DNA of 40,153 bases from an uncultured Candidatus Kuenenia sp. (GTDB lineage Bacteria > Planctomycetota > Planctomycetia > Pirellulales > UBA1268), in the NCBI GenBank assembly GCA_964640405.1, contig CAZXIG010000001.1, positions 1 through 40,153 of the forward strand. Direction: 5' to 3'. The notes beneath the pieces were generated by a model that was not told the origin of the DNA, did not search any database, and saw only the letters and a list, made by a program, of their open reading frames with translations. This document shows positions 17,503 through 25,862 of this stretch, piece by piece. A program made the position numbers and the translations under genes. Positions within the stretch are counted from its first letter, which is position 1. The number at the start of each line of letters is the position of its first letter.

Positions 17503-20500
17503 ATGGGAGGCTGTATAACCCTGGGCATGGACTCACCGTGCGAATCACCGCCGACGGGCAGCGATCAACGCCGGCCCGGCGGCTGTGATTCGGGCGGCTG
17601 GGGATTGAGCGGCGCCGAAGAGACGTTCGGTTTCGGGGGAGATCATCCGGCTGCGGATGCGGCGATCCAGTTGGCGGCCGGCACCCGCCTCGGGGACGTG
17701 ACCATCGTGCGGCTGCTGGGGGCCGGTGGCATGGGCTGCGTCTACGAGTGCTGGCAGGCCGCGCCGCGCCGCAAGGTGGCCTTGAAGCTGCTCCGTCGTC
17801 CCGGGCGGGATGCCGCGTTCGAGCGGCGGTTCGCCCGCGAGGCGGAGGTGCTCGCCGGGCTGCGTCATCCGCACATCGCGCAGGTGCATACCTCCGGCAC
17901 CCGCGTCGTGAACGGGGTCGAGATTCCCGCCTTCGTGATGGAACTGGTGCCCGAGGCCGTGTCGCTCACGGAGTATGCCGAGGCGCGGGGGCTGTCGATC
18001 CGCGACCGCGTGTCGCTCTTCGGCAAGGTCTGTGAGGCGGTCGCCCACGCGCACGGCCAGGCGGTGGTCCATCGCGATCTCAAGCCGGCCAATATCCTCG
18101 TCGGCAGCGACGGCGAGCCGAAGGTGATCGATTTCGGGGTGGCCCGGCTGCTCGGCCGCGAAGGCGACGGAGGCGCGATGCCGACGCTCGCCACCGCCGC
18201 CGGCGAACTCGTCGGCACGCTGCAATACATGAGTCCGGAGCAGATCGTCGGCGGCCGCGACATCGACGGCCGCTGCGACGTCTATGCGCTCGGGCTCGTG
18301 CTGCACGAGCTGATCGCGGGGCGGCCGCCCTACGATCTCCGCGATCGTTCCTACCCGGAGGCCGTGCGAATCGTGACCGGCCGGGGCGGAGCGGGCTGCG
18401 ACGACGTGGAGCGGGCGGCCGCAGACGCCGTTTCCCGCGGCGACGCTCGGGCGCTGGCGACGATCGCGGCGACGTGCCTCGAGGCGGAGCCGGCCGACCG
18501 CTACCAGTCGACCGCGAGCCTCGCTGCCGACGTGGCGCGGTGGCTCGCCGACGAACCGATCCGCGCCCGGCCGCCGACGCCCTGGGAGTCGGCCCGCCGG
18601 TTCACGCGGCGGCATCGCGGGGTGGCCTGGGCGGCGGGGTTGGCGGTCGCGACGCTCGTCGTGGCGGTCGTGGGCATTGCGCTCGCCTCCCTGCGGGCCG
18701 AACGGCTGCGGCAGGTCGCCGAACGGGAGGTGGCTGCCACCCGTGCCCAGCTCTATTACTCCACGATCCTGCTCGCGGCCGACGCCCGCGATCGCGGCAG
18801 CGTGGCCGAGGCGCGACGGCTGGTGGCCGAGGCCCGGGGGCTCTCCGCAGAGGCGGAGCGCGCTGAGCCGCTCGAGCTGCGCAGCCTCGCGGCAGCGCTC
18901 GACGAGTCGAGTGTCGCGCTCGGCGGCTTCGAGGGCACGGTCGCCGCCGTGGCCTGGTCGCCCGATGCGAGCTGGCTGGCGGTCGGCGATGAGAAAGGGA
19001 CGGTGCGGCTGCGGCGGCTTGCCAGCGACGATGGAGTCGGTGCCACCTTGGGCGCTCACGACGGGGCCGTCTGGTCGGTCGCCGTGTCGCCCGACGGGCG
19101 GCGGCTCGCGTCGGCTGCGGCCGATGCCACAGTGAAGATCTGGAACGCCACCACGGGCGACCGTGAAACCACGCTCCACGGCCATGCGGGCATCGTGTAT
19201 TCGGTCGCCTTTTCCCCCGACGGCGGCACGCTCGCGTCGGCCTCGCGCGACGGCTCGGTGCGGCTGTGGGACACGGCGACCTGGCAGGAGAAGGCGGTGC
19301 TTCGAGGGCACGCCGGAAGCGTGTATGCCGCGCGGTTCTCGCCGGATGCCGCGCGGCTGGTCACGGCGTCTCAGGATCGGACGGTGAGGGTCTGGGACCT
19401 GGCCACGGGCGAGGTGGTGACGACGCTCGAAGGGCACGACGAACGGGTGTTTTCAGCCATGTTCTCCGCCGACGGGCGGGAGATCTTGACCGCGTCGGAG
19501 GATGCGACCGCTCGCGTGTGGAACGTCGACGCGGCCGCGGAGGTGCAGCGGTTCGCCCATCCGTTCCGCGTCAACGCCGCGGTCTTCGTCGGTGCGACCG
19601 GTCGGATCGCGACGGTGGCTGGCGACGACGTCGTGCGGGTCTGGGATCGGGCGCGGCCGGGTGCGCCTCAGCAGCTGCTCGGCCATTCCGACCTGGTCTG
19701 GGGGGTGGCCTCCACGGCCGATGGCTCGGCAATCGCCACCGGTTCGGCCGACGGAACGGTGCGGACCTGGAGCGGCACCGGTGACCCGCCGACCCTGCTG
19801 CGGGAGTCGGATCGCGTGCTCGCCGCCGCCGGCTCGCGCGATAGCCGGATGCTGGCCACGGCGCTGGCCGACGGGAGCGTGGTGCTGCGGGATGCCGCCA
19901 CGCTCGAGCACCGCGGGCGGCTCACCGCTGCCAGCGGCCGGGCGAACGCCGTCGCCTTCCTACCGGCTGGCGGTATGCTCGCCGTCGCCGGCGACGACGG
20001 CTGCGTCACGCTCTGGGATTCCGAGACGCACGCGCGGCGGCTGTCGATCGCCGCCCACGAGAAGCGTGTCTATTCGGTGGCCGGATCCGCCGATGGCCGG
20101 CGGCTCGTCACGGCGTCGGACGATCGCACGGCGCGGATCTGGAACGCCGCGACCGGCGAGGCCGTGGGCACGCCTCTCAGGCATCCACGGCGGGTGTTCT
20201 GCGGCATCTTCACGCCCGACGGCCGGCGGGTGATCACGGCCTGCGAGGATCGCGTGGCACGGGTCTGGGATGCCCGCGACGGCCGTGAACTCATGCGGCT
20301 CGAGGGGCATGCCGGGCCCGTGAACTGGGTCGCCCTTTCGGCCGACGGGGCGCAAATCGCCACCGCCGGCTCCGACGGCACCGTGCGGCTCTGGCACGCC
20401 GACACCGGACAAGCCGGGCTCGTGCTCACGGGGCCTGCCCGGCAGGTCTGGAAGGCTGCGTTCTCACCCGACGGAACCCGCGTCGTGGGCGTGTCGGCCG

Positions 20501-20688
20501 ACGGCACGGTGCAGGTTTGGGATGCGGCGACGGGGCGTGCGGCCCTCATGCTTCGCGGCCACACCGATCAGGTGTGGGGCGTGGCGTTCACCGCCGGCGG
20601 CACGCTCGTCACGGGCTCGTGGGACGGCACGACCCGCGTCTGGGGCGTTCCTCCCGCCGAGATCATCCGCCGCCGCGCCGCCCAGTGA
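17503..20688 (+). CDS. Membrane Ser/Thr protein kinase with 14 C-terminal WD40 repeats
   Basis: Hanks kinase motifs: LGAGGMGCVYEC, VALKLL, VVHRDLKPANILV, DFGVARLL, YMSPEQ. One TM helix (GVAWAAGLAVATLVVAVVGIALASL, about nt 18619-18693). By hand count, 14 repeats of the form GH..V..VAFSPDG..LA..S.D.TVR.WD between about 18925 and 20670. ATG at 17503 with GAGGAG upstream. The track start at 17455 is a TTG. Confidence 0.93.
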   Translation: MGGCITLGMDSPCESPPTGSDQRRPGGCDSGGWGLSGAEETFGFGGDHPAADAAIQLAAGTRLGDVTIVRLLGAGGMGCVYECWQAAPRRKVALKLLRRPGRDAAFERRFAREAEVLAGLRHPHIAQVHTSGTRVVNGVEIPAFVMELVPEAVSLTEYAEARGLSIRDRVSLFGKVCEAVAHAHGQAVVHRDLKPANILVGSDGEPKVIDFGVARLLGREGDGGAMPTLATAAGELVGTLQYMSPEQIVGGRDIDGRCDVYALGLVLHELIAGRPPYDLRDRSYPEAVRIVTGRGGAGCDDVERAAADAVSRGDARALATIAATCLEAEPADRYQSTASLAADVARWLADEPIRARPPTPWESARRFTRRHRGVAWAAGLAVATLVVAVVGIALASLRAERLRQVAEREVAATRAQLYYSTILLAADARDRGSVAEARRLVAEARGLSAEAERAEPLELRSLAAALDESSVALGGFEGTVAAVAWSPDASWLAVGDEKGTVRLRRLASDDGVGATLGAHDGAVWSVAVSPDGRRLASAAADATVKIWNATTGDRETTLHGHAGIVYSVAFSPDGGTLASASRDGSVRLWDTATWQEKAVLRGHAGSVYAARFSPDAARLVTASQDRTVRVWDLATGEVVTTLEGHDERVFSAMFSADGREILTASEDATARVWNVDAAAEVQRFAHPFRVNAAVFVGATGRIATVAGDDVVRVWDRARPGAPQQLLGHSDLVWGVASTADGSAIATGSADGTVRTWSGTGDPPTLLRESDRVLAAAGSRDSRMLATALADGSVVLRDAATLEHRGRLTAASGRANAVAFLPAGGMLAVAGDDGCVTLWDSETHARRLSIAAHEKRVYSVAGSADGRRLVTASDDRTARIWNAATGEAVGTPLRHPRRVFCGIFTPDGRRVITACEDRVARVWDARDGRELMRLEGHAGPVNWVALSADGAQIATAGSDGTVRLWHADTGQAGLVLTGPARQVWKAAFSPDGTRVVGVSADGTVQVWDAATGRAALMLRGHTDQVWGVAFTAGGTLVTGSWDGTTRVWGVPPAEIIRRRAAQ

Positions 20689-20737
20689 TACGGATCACAC
20701 TTGAAGCTCGCGCAACCGGGCGTCACCAGCATCCAAG

Positions 20738-20790
20738 AAGCCCCCGGCGGGAGCCGGGGGATCCCCGGGCTTCCGCCCGGGGCTTTTGGG
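20738..20790 (+). repeat. Double-hairpin palindromic repeat, copy 1 (probable bidirectional intrinsic terminator)
   Basis: AAG CCCCCGGC GGGA GCCGGGGG AT CCCCGGGC TTCC GCCCGGGG CTTTT: two perfect 8-bp stems with tetraloops, centred on GGATCC. It begins 49 nt after the kinase stop and ends about 15 nt before the convergent dehydrogenase stop. Near-identical copies lie at 39034 and 40014. Confidence 0.85.
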
Positions 20791-20803
20791 GGGAACACGC
20801 ACT

Positions 20804-21733
20804 TCAACCGCCGAGCACGTCGGCGAGCGTCTTCTGGAGCACGCCGGCGCTCATCTTCAGCCCCTGCATCTCCTTCGGCCAGAGCTCGATCTCGAGCGTC
20901 TTCTCGGCGCCGCCGCGGCCCACCACCGTGGGCACGGAGAGGGCGACGTCGCGGAGGCCGTAGCAGCCGGCCTGCACGGTCGAGACCGGCAACACCCGCT
21001 TCGCATCGAGGGCCAGTGCATGGATCACTTCGGCGATCGACACGCCCACGGCAAAGCCGGCACCCGTCTTCTTTTTGATCATCTCGGCGCCGCTCGTCTT
21101 GGCCCGCTGAAACACGTCGGCCCCGAGCTTGGGCGTGTAGCCCGGATACTTCTCCAGCGGCAGGCCCGCGACGCTCGCGCTGCTCCAGACCGGCACCATG
21201 CTGTCGCCGTGCTCGCCCAGGATCATCGCCTGCACCTGGGTGGCCGGTGCCTTGAGGTTCATCGCCAGCAGGCTGCGGAACCGCAGCGTGTCGAGCAGCG
21301 TGCCGAGGCCGATCACGCGGCCCTTCGGCAGGCCGAGTTCCTTCTCGGCGATGTAGGTGAGGATGTCGACCGGATTGGAAACGACGAGCACGTTGGCATC
21401 GGCCTTCATCCCCTTGGACTTGATCTCTGCCAGGATCGACCGGAAGAGCACGACGTTGCGGTTGATGAGCGCCAGGCGGCTCTCGTCGGGCTTCCGCCGC
21501 AGGCCCGCGGTGATGCAGATCACGTCGGCGTCTGCGAGGCACTCATAGCCGCCCGCATGGATCACCTGGTCGGCGATCGCGGCGGTGCCGTGGAGCATGT
21601 CGAGCGCCTGGCCGTCGGCCAGATCGGGATTGGCGTCCACGATGACGATCTCGTGGACGATGCCGCCGAGCTGCAGGGCGAAGCCCGCCGACGAGCCCAC
21701 GATGCCGCCGCCGCCGATGATGCCGACTTTCAT
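20804..21733 (-). CDS. NAD-dependent L-lactate/malate dehydrogenase family oxidoreductase (last gene of the BMC operon)
   Basis: 309 aa. Rossmann MKVGIIGGGGIVGSSAG with VIVDAN. Catalytic motifs GTLLDTLRFR and ILGEHGDSMVPVWS. The specificity loop reads ITAGLRRKPDESR. Confidence 0.9.
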   Translation of the reverse strand: MKVGIIGGGGIVGSSAGFALQLGGIVHEIVIVDANPDLADGQALDMLHGTAAIADQVIHAGGYECLADADVICITAGLRRKPDESRLALINRNVVLFRSILAEIKSKGMKADANVLVVSNPVDILTYIAEKELGLPKGRVIGLGTLLDTLRFRSLLAMNLKAPATQVQAMILGEHGDSMVPVWSSASVAGLPLEKYPGYTPKLGADVFQRAKTSGAEMIKKKTGAGFAVGVSIAEVIHALALDAKRVLPVSTVQAGCYGLRDVALSVPTVVGRGGAEKTLEIELWPKEMQGLKMSAGVLQKTLADVLGG

Positions 21734-21764
21734 GTTTCTGGTTTCTCCGTTGTGCTGTGGTTGA

Positions 21765-22670
21765 CTAGGCAGCGGCGATGCCGAGCTGCTTGCAGACCTG
21801 CTCCGTGACCGCCTTCACGAGGGCTTCGTGGTCGAGGCCCGCCGGGGCGACCGGCCGCGAGGCGTTCTCCGGGTCGGCACCCATCGGGGGAGGCGCGTCG
21901 AAGGCCTTGCGGGTGACGCCCGTCGTGCCCCAGCTGGCGCGGAAGACGTCGTTGGCGCAGATGTCGCAGTTCTCCATGTTCTTGTCGAGCCGCGGATCGG
22001 TGTAGCCCCACTTGGCCTTCAGGTCGAGCAGTTCCTTCGTCTCCTGCTTCGTGAGGTAGGTCACGCGGCCGAGGTCCTTCGAGAGCATCAGGATCCGGCA
22101 GTAGGCGTCGAGGATTTCCGTCCACCAGTAGGCTTTCTCGACCGTCTCGCCGAAGCTCACGGTGCCGTGGTTGGCGAGGATCACGACGTTCGACTGCTTC
22201 ACGAACGGCTTGACCGTGTCGGCGAACTTCTGGCCGCCCGGGGTTTCGTAGCGGGTGATCGGCACGTCGCCGAGAAACACCTCCACCTCGGGCAGCACGC
22301 ACTGCGGAATCGGCTCGCGGGCCACGGCGAAGGCGGTGGCATGCGGCGGGTGGCAGTGCACCACCGAATTGATGTCGGGCCGCTCCTTCATGATCGTGAG
22401 GTGGAGCAGGATCTCGCTCGACCGCTTGCGGTTGCCGGCGACCTGGTTGCCCTCCATGTCGACGATGCAGAGGTCGGAGGGCTTCATGAAGCCCTTCGAG
22501 ATCATCGTGGGGGTGCAGAGCACCTCCCGCTCGTTGAGCCGGAACGAGATGTTGCCGTCGTTGCCGGCGGCGAAGCCCTTGTTGTAGATCCGGCGGCCGA
22601 TGTCGCAGATCTCCTCCTTGAGTTGGGAGAGCGACTTGTCGGTGGTCTTGATCTGGCCTGTGGCTGCCAT
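21765..22670 (-). CDS. Class II aldolase (L-fuculose/rhamnulose-1-phosphate aldolase-like) with a 78-aa C-terminal extension
   Basis: Aldolase_II core: GNDGNISFRL, HLTIMKERPDINSVVHCHPPHATAF, ILANHGTVSFGETVEKAYW. ATG at 22670 is preceded by AAGGAG. The track start at 22748 adds 26 unsupported residues. The C-terminal tail ends in the amphipathic LDHEALVKAVTEQVCKQLGI. Confidence 0.92.
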   Translation of the reverse strand: MAATGQIKTTDKSLSQLKEEICDIGRRIYNKGFAAGNDGNISFRLNEREVLCTPTMISKGFMKPSDLCIVDMEGNQVAGNRKRSSEILLHLTIMKERPDINSVVHCHPPHATAFAVAREPIPQCVLPEVEVFLGDVPITRYETPGGQKFADTVKPFVKQSNVVILANHGTVSFGETVEKAYWWTEILDAYCRILMLSKDLGRVTYLTKQETKELLDLKAKWGYTDPRLDKNMENCDICANDVFRASWGTTGVTRKAFDAPPPMGADPENASRPVAPAGLDHEALVKAVTEQVCKQLGIAAA

Positions 22671-22810
22671 GACTGCTCCTTCGGGTGGCGGGTGGGATGG
22701 TTGGTGTGCGATGGACGGCGCTGCTGCGTCTACTCGATTCTGACCCACTTTTCGGGTCGCGGTCGGATTGTCGGTTGCGGGATCGCTGCGTCAGGGAGTG
22801 GTCGTGCGGG

Positions 22811-23101
22811 TCATGCCGGTCGCGCGGGCAGGTCGAGCCGGTCGATGAGCGCGGCGACGTAGGCATCGATCGGCTTGTCGGCCGGGCGGAACGGCTGGGC
22901 GGCCTCGCCCCCCTCGCTGAAGGCGACGAGCTGTCCGTCACCCGCGCCGAGGTCGTCCCAGGCGACGAGGGGCTCGGCCGGACCGTCGCCGGCGCGGAGA
23001 TCGTTCGGGCCGAGCGGCACCACGAGGCGGAACACGCCGCCCCGCACCGTGGAATGGGGTTCCACGAGGGTCACCGTGCCGATCGTTTTGCCGAGTCGCA
23101 T
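22811..23101 (-). CDS. BMC vertex (pentamer) protein, EutN/CcmL family (BMC-P)
   Basis: 96 aa. MRLGKTIGTVTLVEPH ... LVAWDDLGAGDGQLVAFSEG ... PIDAYVAALIDRL is the typical EutN/CcmL pattern. Confidence 0.9.
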   Translation of the reverse strand: MRLGKTIGTVTLVEPHSTVRGGVFRLVVPLGPNDLRAGDGPAEPLVAWDDLGAGDGQLVAFSEGGEAAQPFRPADKPIDAYVAALIDRLDLPARPA

Positions 23102-23246
23102 CGCGTCACCTGCTCGATGGATGGGTTATGTCAACCGGAGTGGTCCGGCTGCGGGACGGCATGAGTTGCCTCGCTGGCGGCCGCACGCCACGCTCGGCAT
23201 CCTCACGCCGATCCCTTCGCCTCGTTGCTTGGTTGGCATGGTTTTC

Positions 23247-24023
23247 TCAGTGAGCGTGAGACTTGCAGCCGCAGCCCGCGGGCGCGGAGGCGAGTTCGGA
23301 GGGCAGGGGACCGGCCGGCCGCGCGGCGAAGTCGCCGCACAGCCGTTCGAGGCCGCCGGGGAAGGCCGCCGGATCGACGATCAGCAGGTTCGCCTGGCAG
23401 TCGGCGGCGGCCGCCGCGAGCTGCGTCGCGTCGCGGCCGGTGACGGCACGCAGGCTGGCCGAGCGGTTGGCGAGGATCGTGGCGACGGCGGGCCGGCTCG
23501 TGAGCAGGATGCCGCGGGCGGCGTCCCGCGAGGCGTGCATCGCGATCGCGGCGATCACGTCGGCCAGGCCCGACGGTGGGAGTTGCTGCGCGCCCCGTGT
23601 GGCGCGGGCGATCGCGGCGGCCTTGGCCGACGGATCGGCCTTGCAGGACGCGGAGGCGATCAGGAACGGGCGGGGCGGGGCGGCCGCTGCCGCCGCGGTC
23701 GCGCCGCCGCGGACGATCGTGATGCCCACCTCTTTGGCGTAGTCTCGGGCCGACGGGGTGACCACCGCTTTCGTATCGACGATCAACTGCCGCGTGCCCG
23801 CCGGCAGCCGCTCGAGCGCCGCAAGCGTGATCACCTTGTCCACGACCGTCGCGTTACCTGTTTTCGCCTCGGGAGCGCCGTAGCTGCTCGGGCTGCTCGC
23901 CGGCGTGGCTGCGGGAGCTTGCGCAGGGCCGGGGGAAATGGGCGGGCGGGCCTCCGCCTGGATGCGGCGGATGACCTCGGCGACGAGCCGCTGCACGGTG
24001 TCACGATCGAGTGTCGGTGTCAT
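23247..24023 (-). CDS. Hypothetical BMC-associated protein with an encapsulation-peptide-like N-terminus
   Basis: 258 aa inside the operon, with high GC3. N-terminal amphipathic helix LDRDTVQRLVAEVIRRIQ, then a Pro/Ala/Ser linker, a short domain (VVTPSARDYAKEVGITIV), and a C-terminal ~130 aa domain ending in CGCKSHAH. I recognise no family with confidence. Confidence 0.7.
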   Translation of the reverse strand: MTPTLDRDTVQRLVAEVIRRIQAEARPPISPGPAQAPAATPASSPSSYGAPEAKTGNATVVDKVITLAALERLPAGTRQLIVDTKAVVTPSARDYAKEVGITIVRGGATAAAAAAPPRPFLIASASCKADPSAKAAAIARATRGAQQLPPSGLADVIAAIAMHASRDAARGILLTSRPAVATILANRSASLRAVTGRDATQLAAAAADCQANLLIVDPAAFPGGLERLCGDFAARPAGPLPSELASAPAGCGCKSHAH

Positions 24024-24089
24024 TGCGGGGCTCGTGTTTCGCTGTCCCGTCGCTTCCGCTCCGGGCTTCCAGTGAAGGTGGTCATGGCG

Positions 24090-24353
24090 TCACGGCTCGT
24101 CGACGAGCGCGATCGTGCTCCAGCGGGCCGGCGTCGTGTCGCTCTTCAAAAGGTCGCGGAGGAGGCGGCCGTCGCTCGTGATCACGGTGATGTCGCCGGC
24201 GCCCGCGCCGACTGTGTCGATCGCCAGCTGCGGGTCGCCGTCGGGGCTTTTCCGGTCGGCCATGAGCGGCTGCACCACGAGCAGCCGGGGACCCACGAGC
24301 GACGGGTGTTTCACCGTCGCCGTCGCCGTGCCGATGATGCGGGCCAGTTGCAT
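24090..24353 (-). CDS. BMC vertex (pentamer) protein, EutN/CcmL family (BMC-P)
   Basis: 87 aa. MQLARIIGTATATVKHPSL ... LLVVQPL ... AIDTVGAGAGDITVITSDG ... STIALVD. Confidence 0.9.
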   Translation of the reverse strand: MQLARIIGTATATVKHPSLVGPRLLVVQPLMADRKSPDGDPQLAIDTVGAGAGDITVITSDGRLLRDLLKSDTTPARWSTIALVDEP

Positions 24354-24375
24354 GGGTTCGTGTCGTTGGTGGGGT

Positions 24376-25860
24376 TCAGCTCACCGCGTCGGCGCTGCCG
24401 AGGATGCGGAGGTCGTCCACGAGCGTGCACCGCCGCTGCCGGGTGAACGTCAGCGGGGTCGTCACGCCCTCGCCCGTGGGCGTGGCGATCGAGAACGAGA
24501 GGTAGCCCTCGCCGCCGAGTCCGAGGCCGGCCACGCTCGGGCCGTTCTTCACGAACAGGGTCGTGTCGAGCAGCCGGCCCATGCGGGTCATCGTGCGGAC
24601 GTTCGTCGAATGGATGATCGCCGTGTGGCGGAAGCCGTGCTCGCTCGCGTGGGCCCGGTCGATCGCCTCGTCGGCGTCCTTGCACCGCACGAACGGCACG
24701 AAGGGCATCATCTGCTCGGTCGGCACGAACGGGTTGTCGTTGTCGGTCTCGCCGAACACGAGCTCGAGCCCGGCATGGCCGGTCGCCCCGGCCGCCTGCG
24801 CCAGCAGCGATGCATCCTGCCCGAGCAGGTCCTTGCACGGCACCCAGTGGCGATGGGCCCCTTCGCCGGTCATCACGATCGCCCGCTTCGTGAGGGCATC
24901 GACCTGCTGGGCGTTGAGGCGGAGCGCTCCGGCCCGCTCCATCGCGGCCATCATCCGGTCGAACACGCTCGCCACGACGAACACCTGCTTCTCGCCGATG
25001 CAGAGCAGGTTGTTGTCGTAGGCCGCGCCCGCGATGATCGAGCGGGCGGCGTTGTCGAGGTCGGCCGTCTCGTCGACCACCACCGGCGGATTGCCCGGGC
25101 CGGCCACGATCGCCCGCTTGCTCGACTGGAGCGCCGCCTTCGCCACGGCCGGGCCGCCGGTCACGCAGATCAGCTTCACGCCGCGGTGGTTGAACAGGGC
25201 CCCGGCCGACTCGAGCGACGGCTCGGCAACGAGCGAGATCAGGTTGTCGACGCCGAGATCCCGGTGGATCGCGGCGTTGAACCGGCGCACGCCCTCGGCG
25301 GCGATCTTGCGGCCGCTCGGATGCGGGTTGACGACGACGGTGTTGCCGCCGGCGAGCATGTTGATCGCATTGCAGGCGATCGTGGGGAGCGAGTGGGTGA
25401 CCGGCGTGATCGCGCCGATGACGCCGAACGGGGCGTGCTCGATCACGGCCAGGCCGTGGTCGCCGCTGAACACCTCGCTCTGCATGAACTCGACGCCCGG
25501 CACCTTCTCGCCGAGCACCTTGAGCTTCTCGATCTTGTGGTCGAGCCGGCCGATCTTCGTCTCGGCAAACTCCATGCCGCCGAGTTCCTCGGCGTCTTCT
25601 ATGGCGATCCGGCGGACGTGGGCGATCGCCTTCTTGCGGCCCTCCACGCCGAGTCGCTCGAGCTGGTGGAAGGCCTCGGTCGCGGCGGCGACGGCTTCGT
25701 CGACGGACGAAAAGACGCCGTTGGCGCCTTCGTACGACCCGGCCGCCGTGCGGGCGGCGGCCGCGGGGGACTTGGGGGCGGCGGGAGCGCCGGGCGCGGT
25801 CAGCTCGGCGATGACCTGGCGGACGATGGCGGCGATGTCGGGGGCGGTCGTGGTGCTCAT
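24376..25860 (-). CDS. CoA-acylating aldehyde dehydrogenase (PduP/EutE-like) with an N-terminal encapsulation peptide
   Basis: 494 aa from the ATG at 25860, which lies 2 nt after the upstream BMC-P stop. Catalytic Cys context [11 protein letters not shown]. Also [10 protein letters not shown] and [15 protein letters not shown]-terminal helix [14 protein letters not shown] is followed by an Ala/Pro linker. The track ORF extension to 26178 overlaps the BMC-P gene. Confidence 0.93.
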   Translation of the reverse strand: MSTTTAPDIAAIVRQVIAELTAPGAPAAPKSPAAAARTAAGSYEGANGVFSSVDEAVAAATEAFHQLERLGVEGRKKAIAHVRRIAIEDAEELGGMEFAETKIGRLDHKIEKLKVLGEKVPGVEFMQSEVFSGDHGLAVIEHAPFGVIGAITPVTHSLPTIACNAINMLAGGNTVVVNPHPSGRKIAAEGVRRFNAAIHRDLGVDNLISLVAEPSLESAGALFNHRGVKLICVTGGPAVAKAALQSSKRAIVAGPGNPPVVVDETADLDNAARSIIAGAAYDNNLLCIGEKQVFVVASVFDRMMAAMERAGALRLNAQQVDALTKRAIVMTGEGAHRHWVPCKDLLGQDASLLAQAAGATGHAGLELVFGETDNDNPFVPTEQMMPFVPFVRCKDADEAIDRAHASEHGFRHTAIIHSTNVRTMTRMGRLLDTTLFVKNGPSVAGLGLGGEGYLSFSIATPTGEGVTTPLTFTRQRRCTLVDDLRILGSADAVS

Positions 25861-25862
25861 GG

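Noticed and set aside
18925-20670. Periodic ~126-nt repetition, considered as a possible DNA tandem repeat or CRISPR-like array
   Set aside because: The periodicity is at protein level (14 WD40 blades) within one continuous ORF. The units are diverged at DNA level and there is no repeat-spacer architecture.
20755-20768. GGATCC-centred palindrome, considered as a restriction-modification target or terminal inverted repeat of an IS/MITE
   Set aside because: No transposase, methyltransferase or target-site duplication is visible near any of the three copies. Placement after stop codons fits a REP/terminator-like element better. Mobility cannot be excluded from one window.
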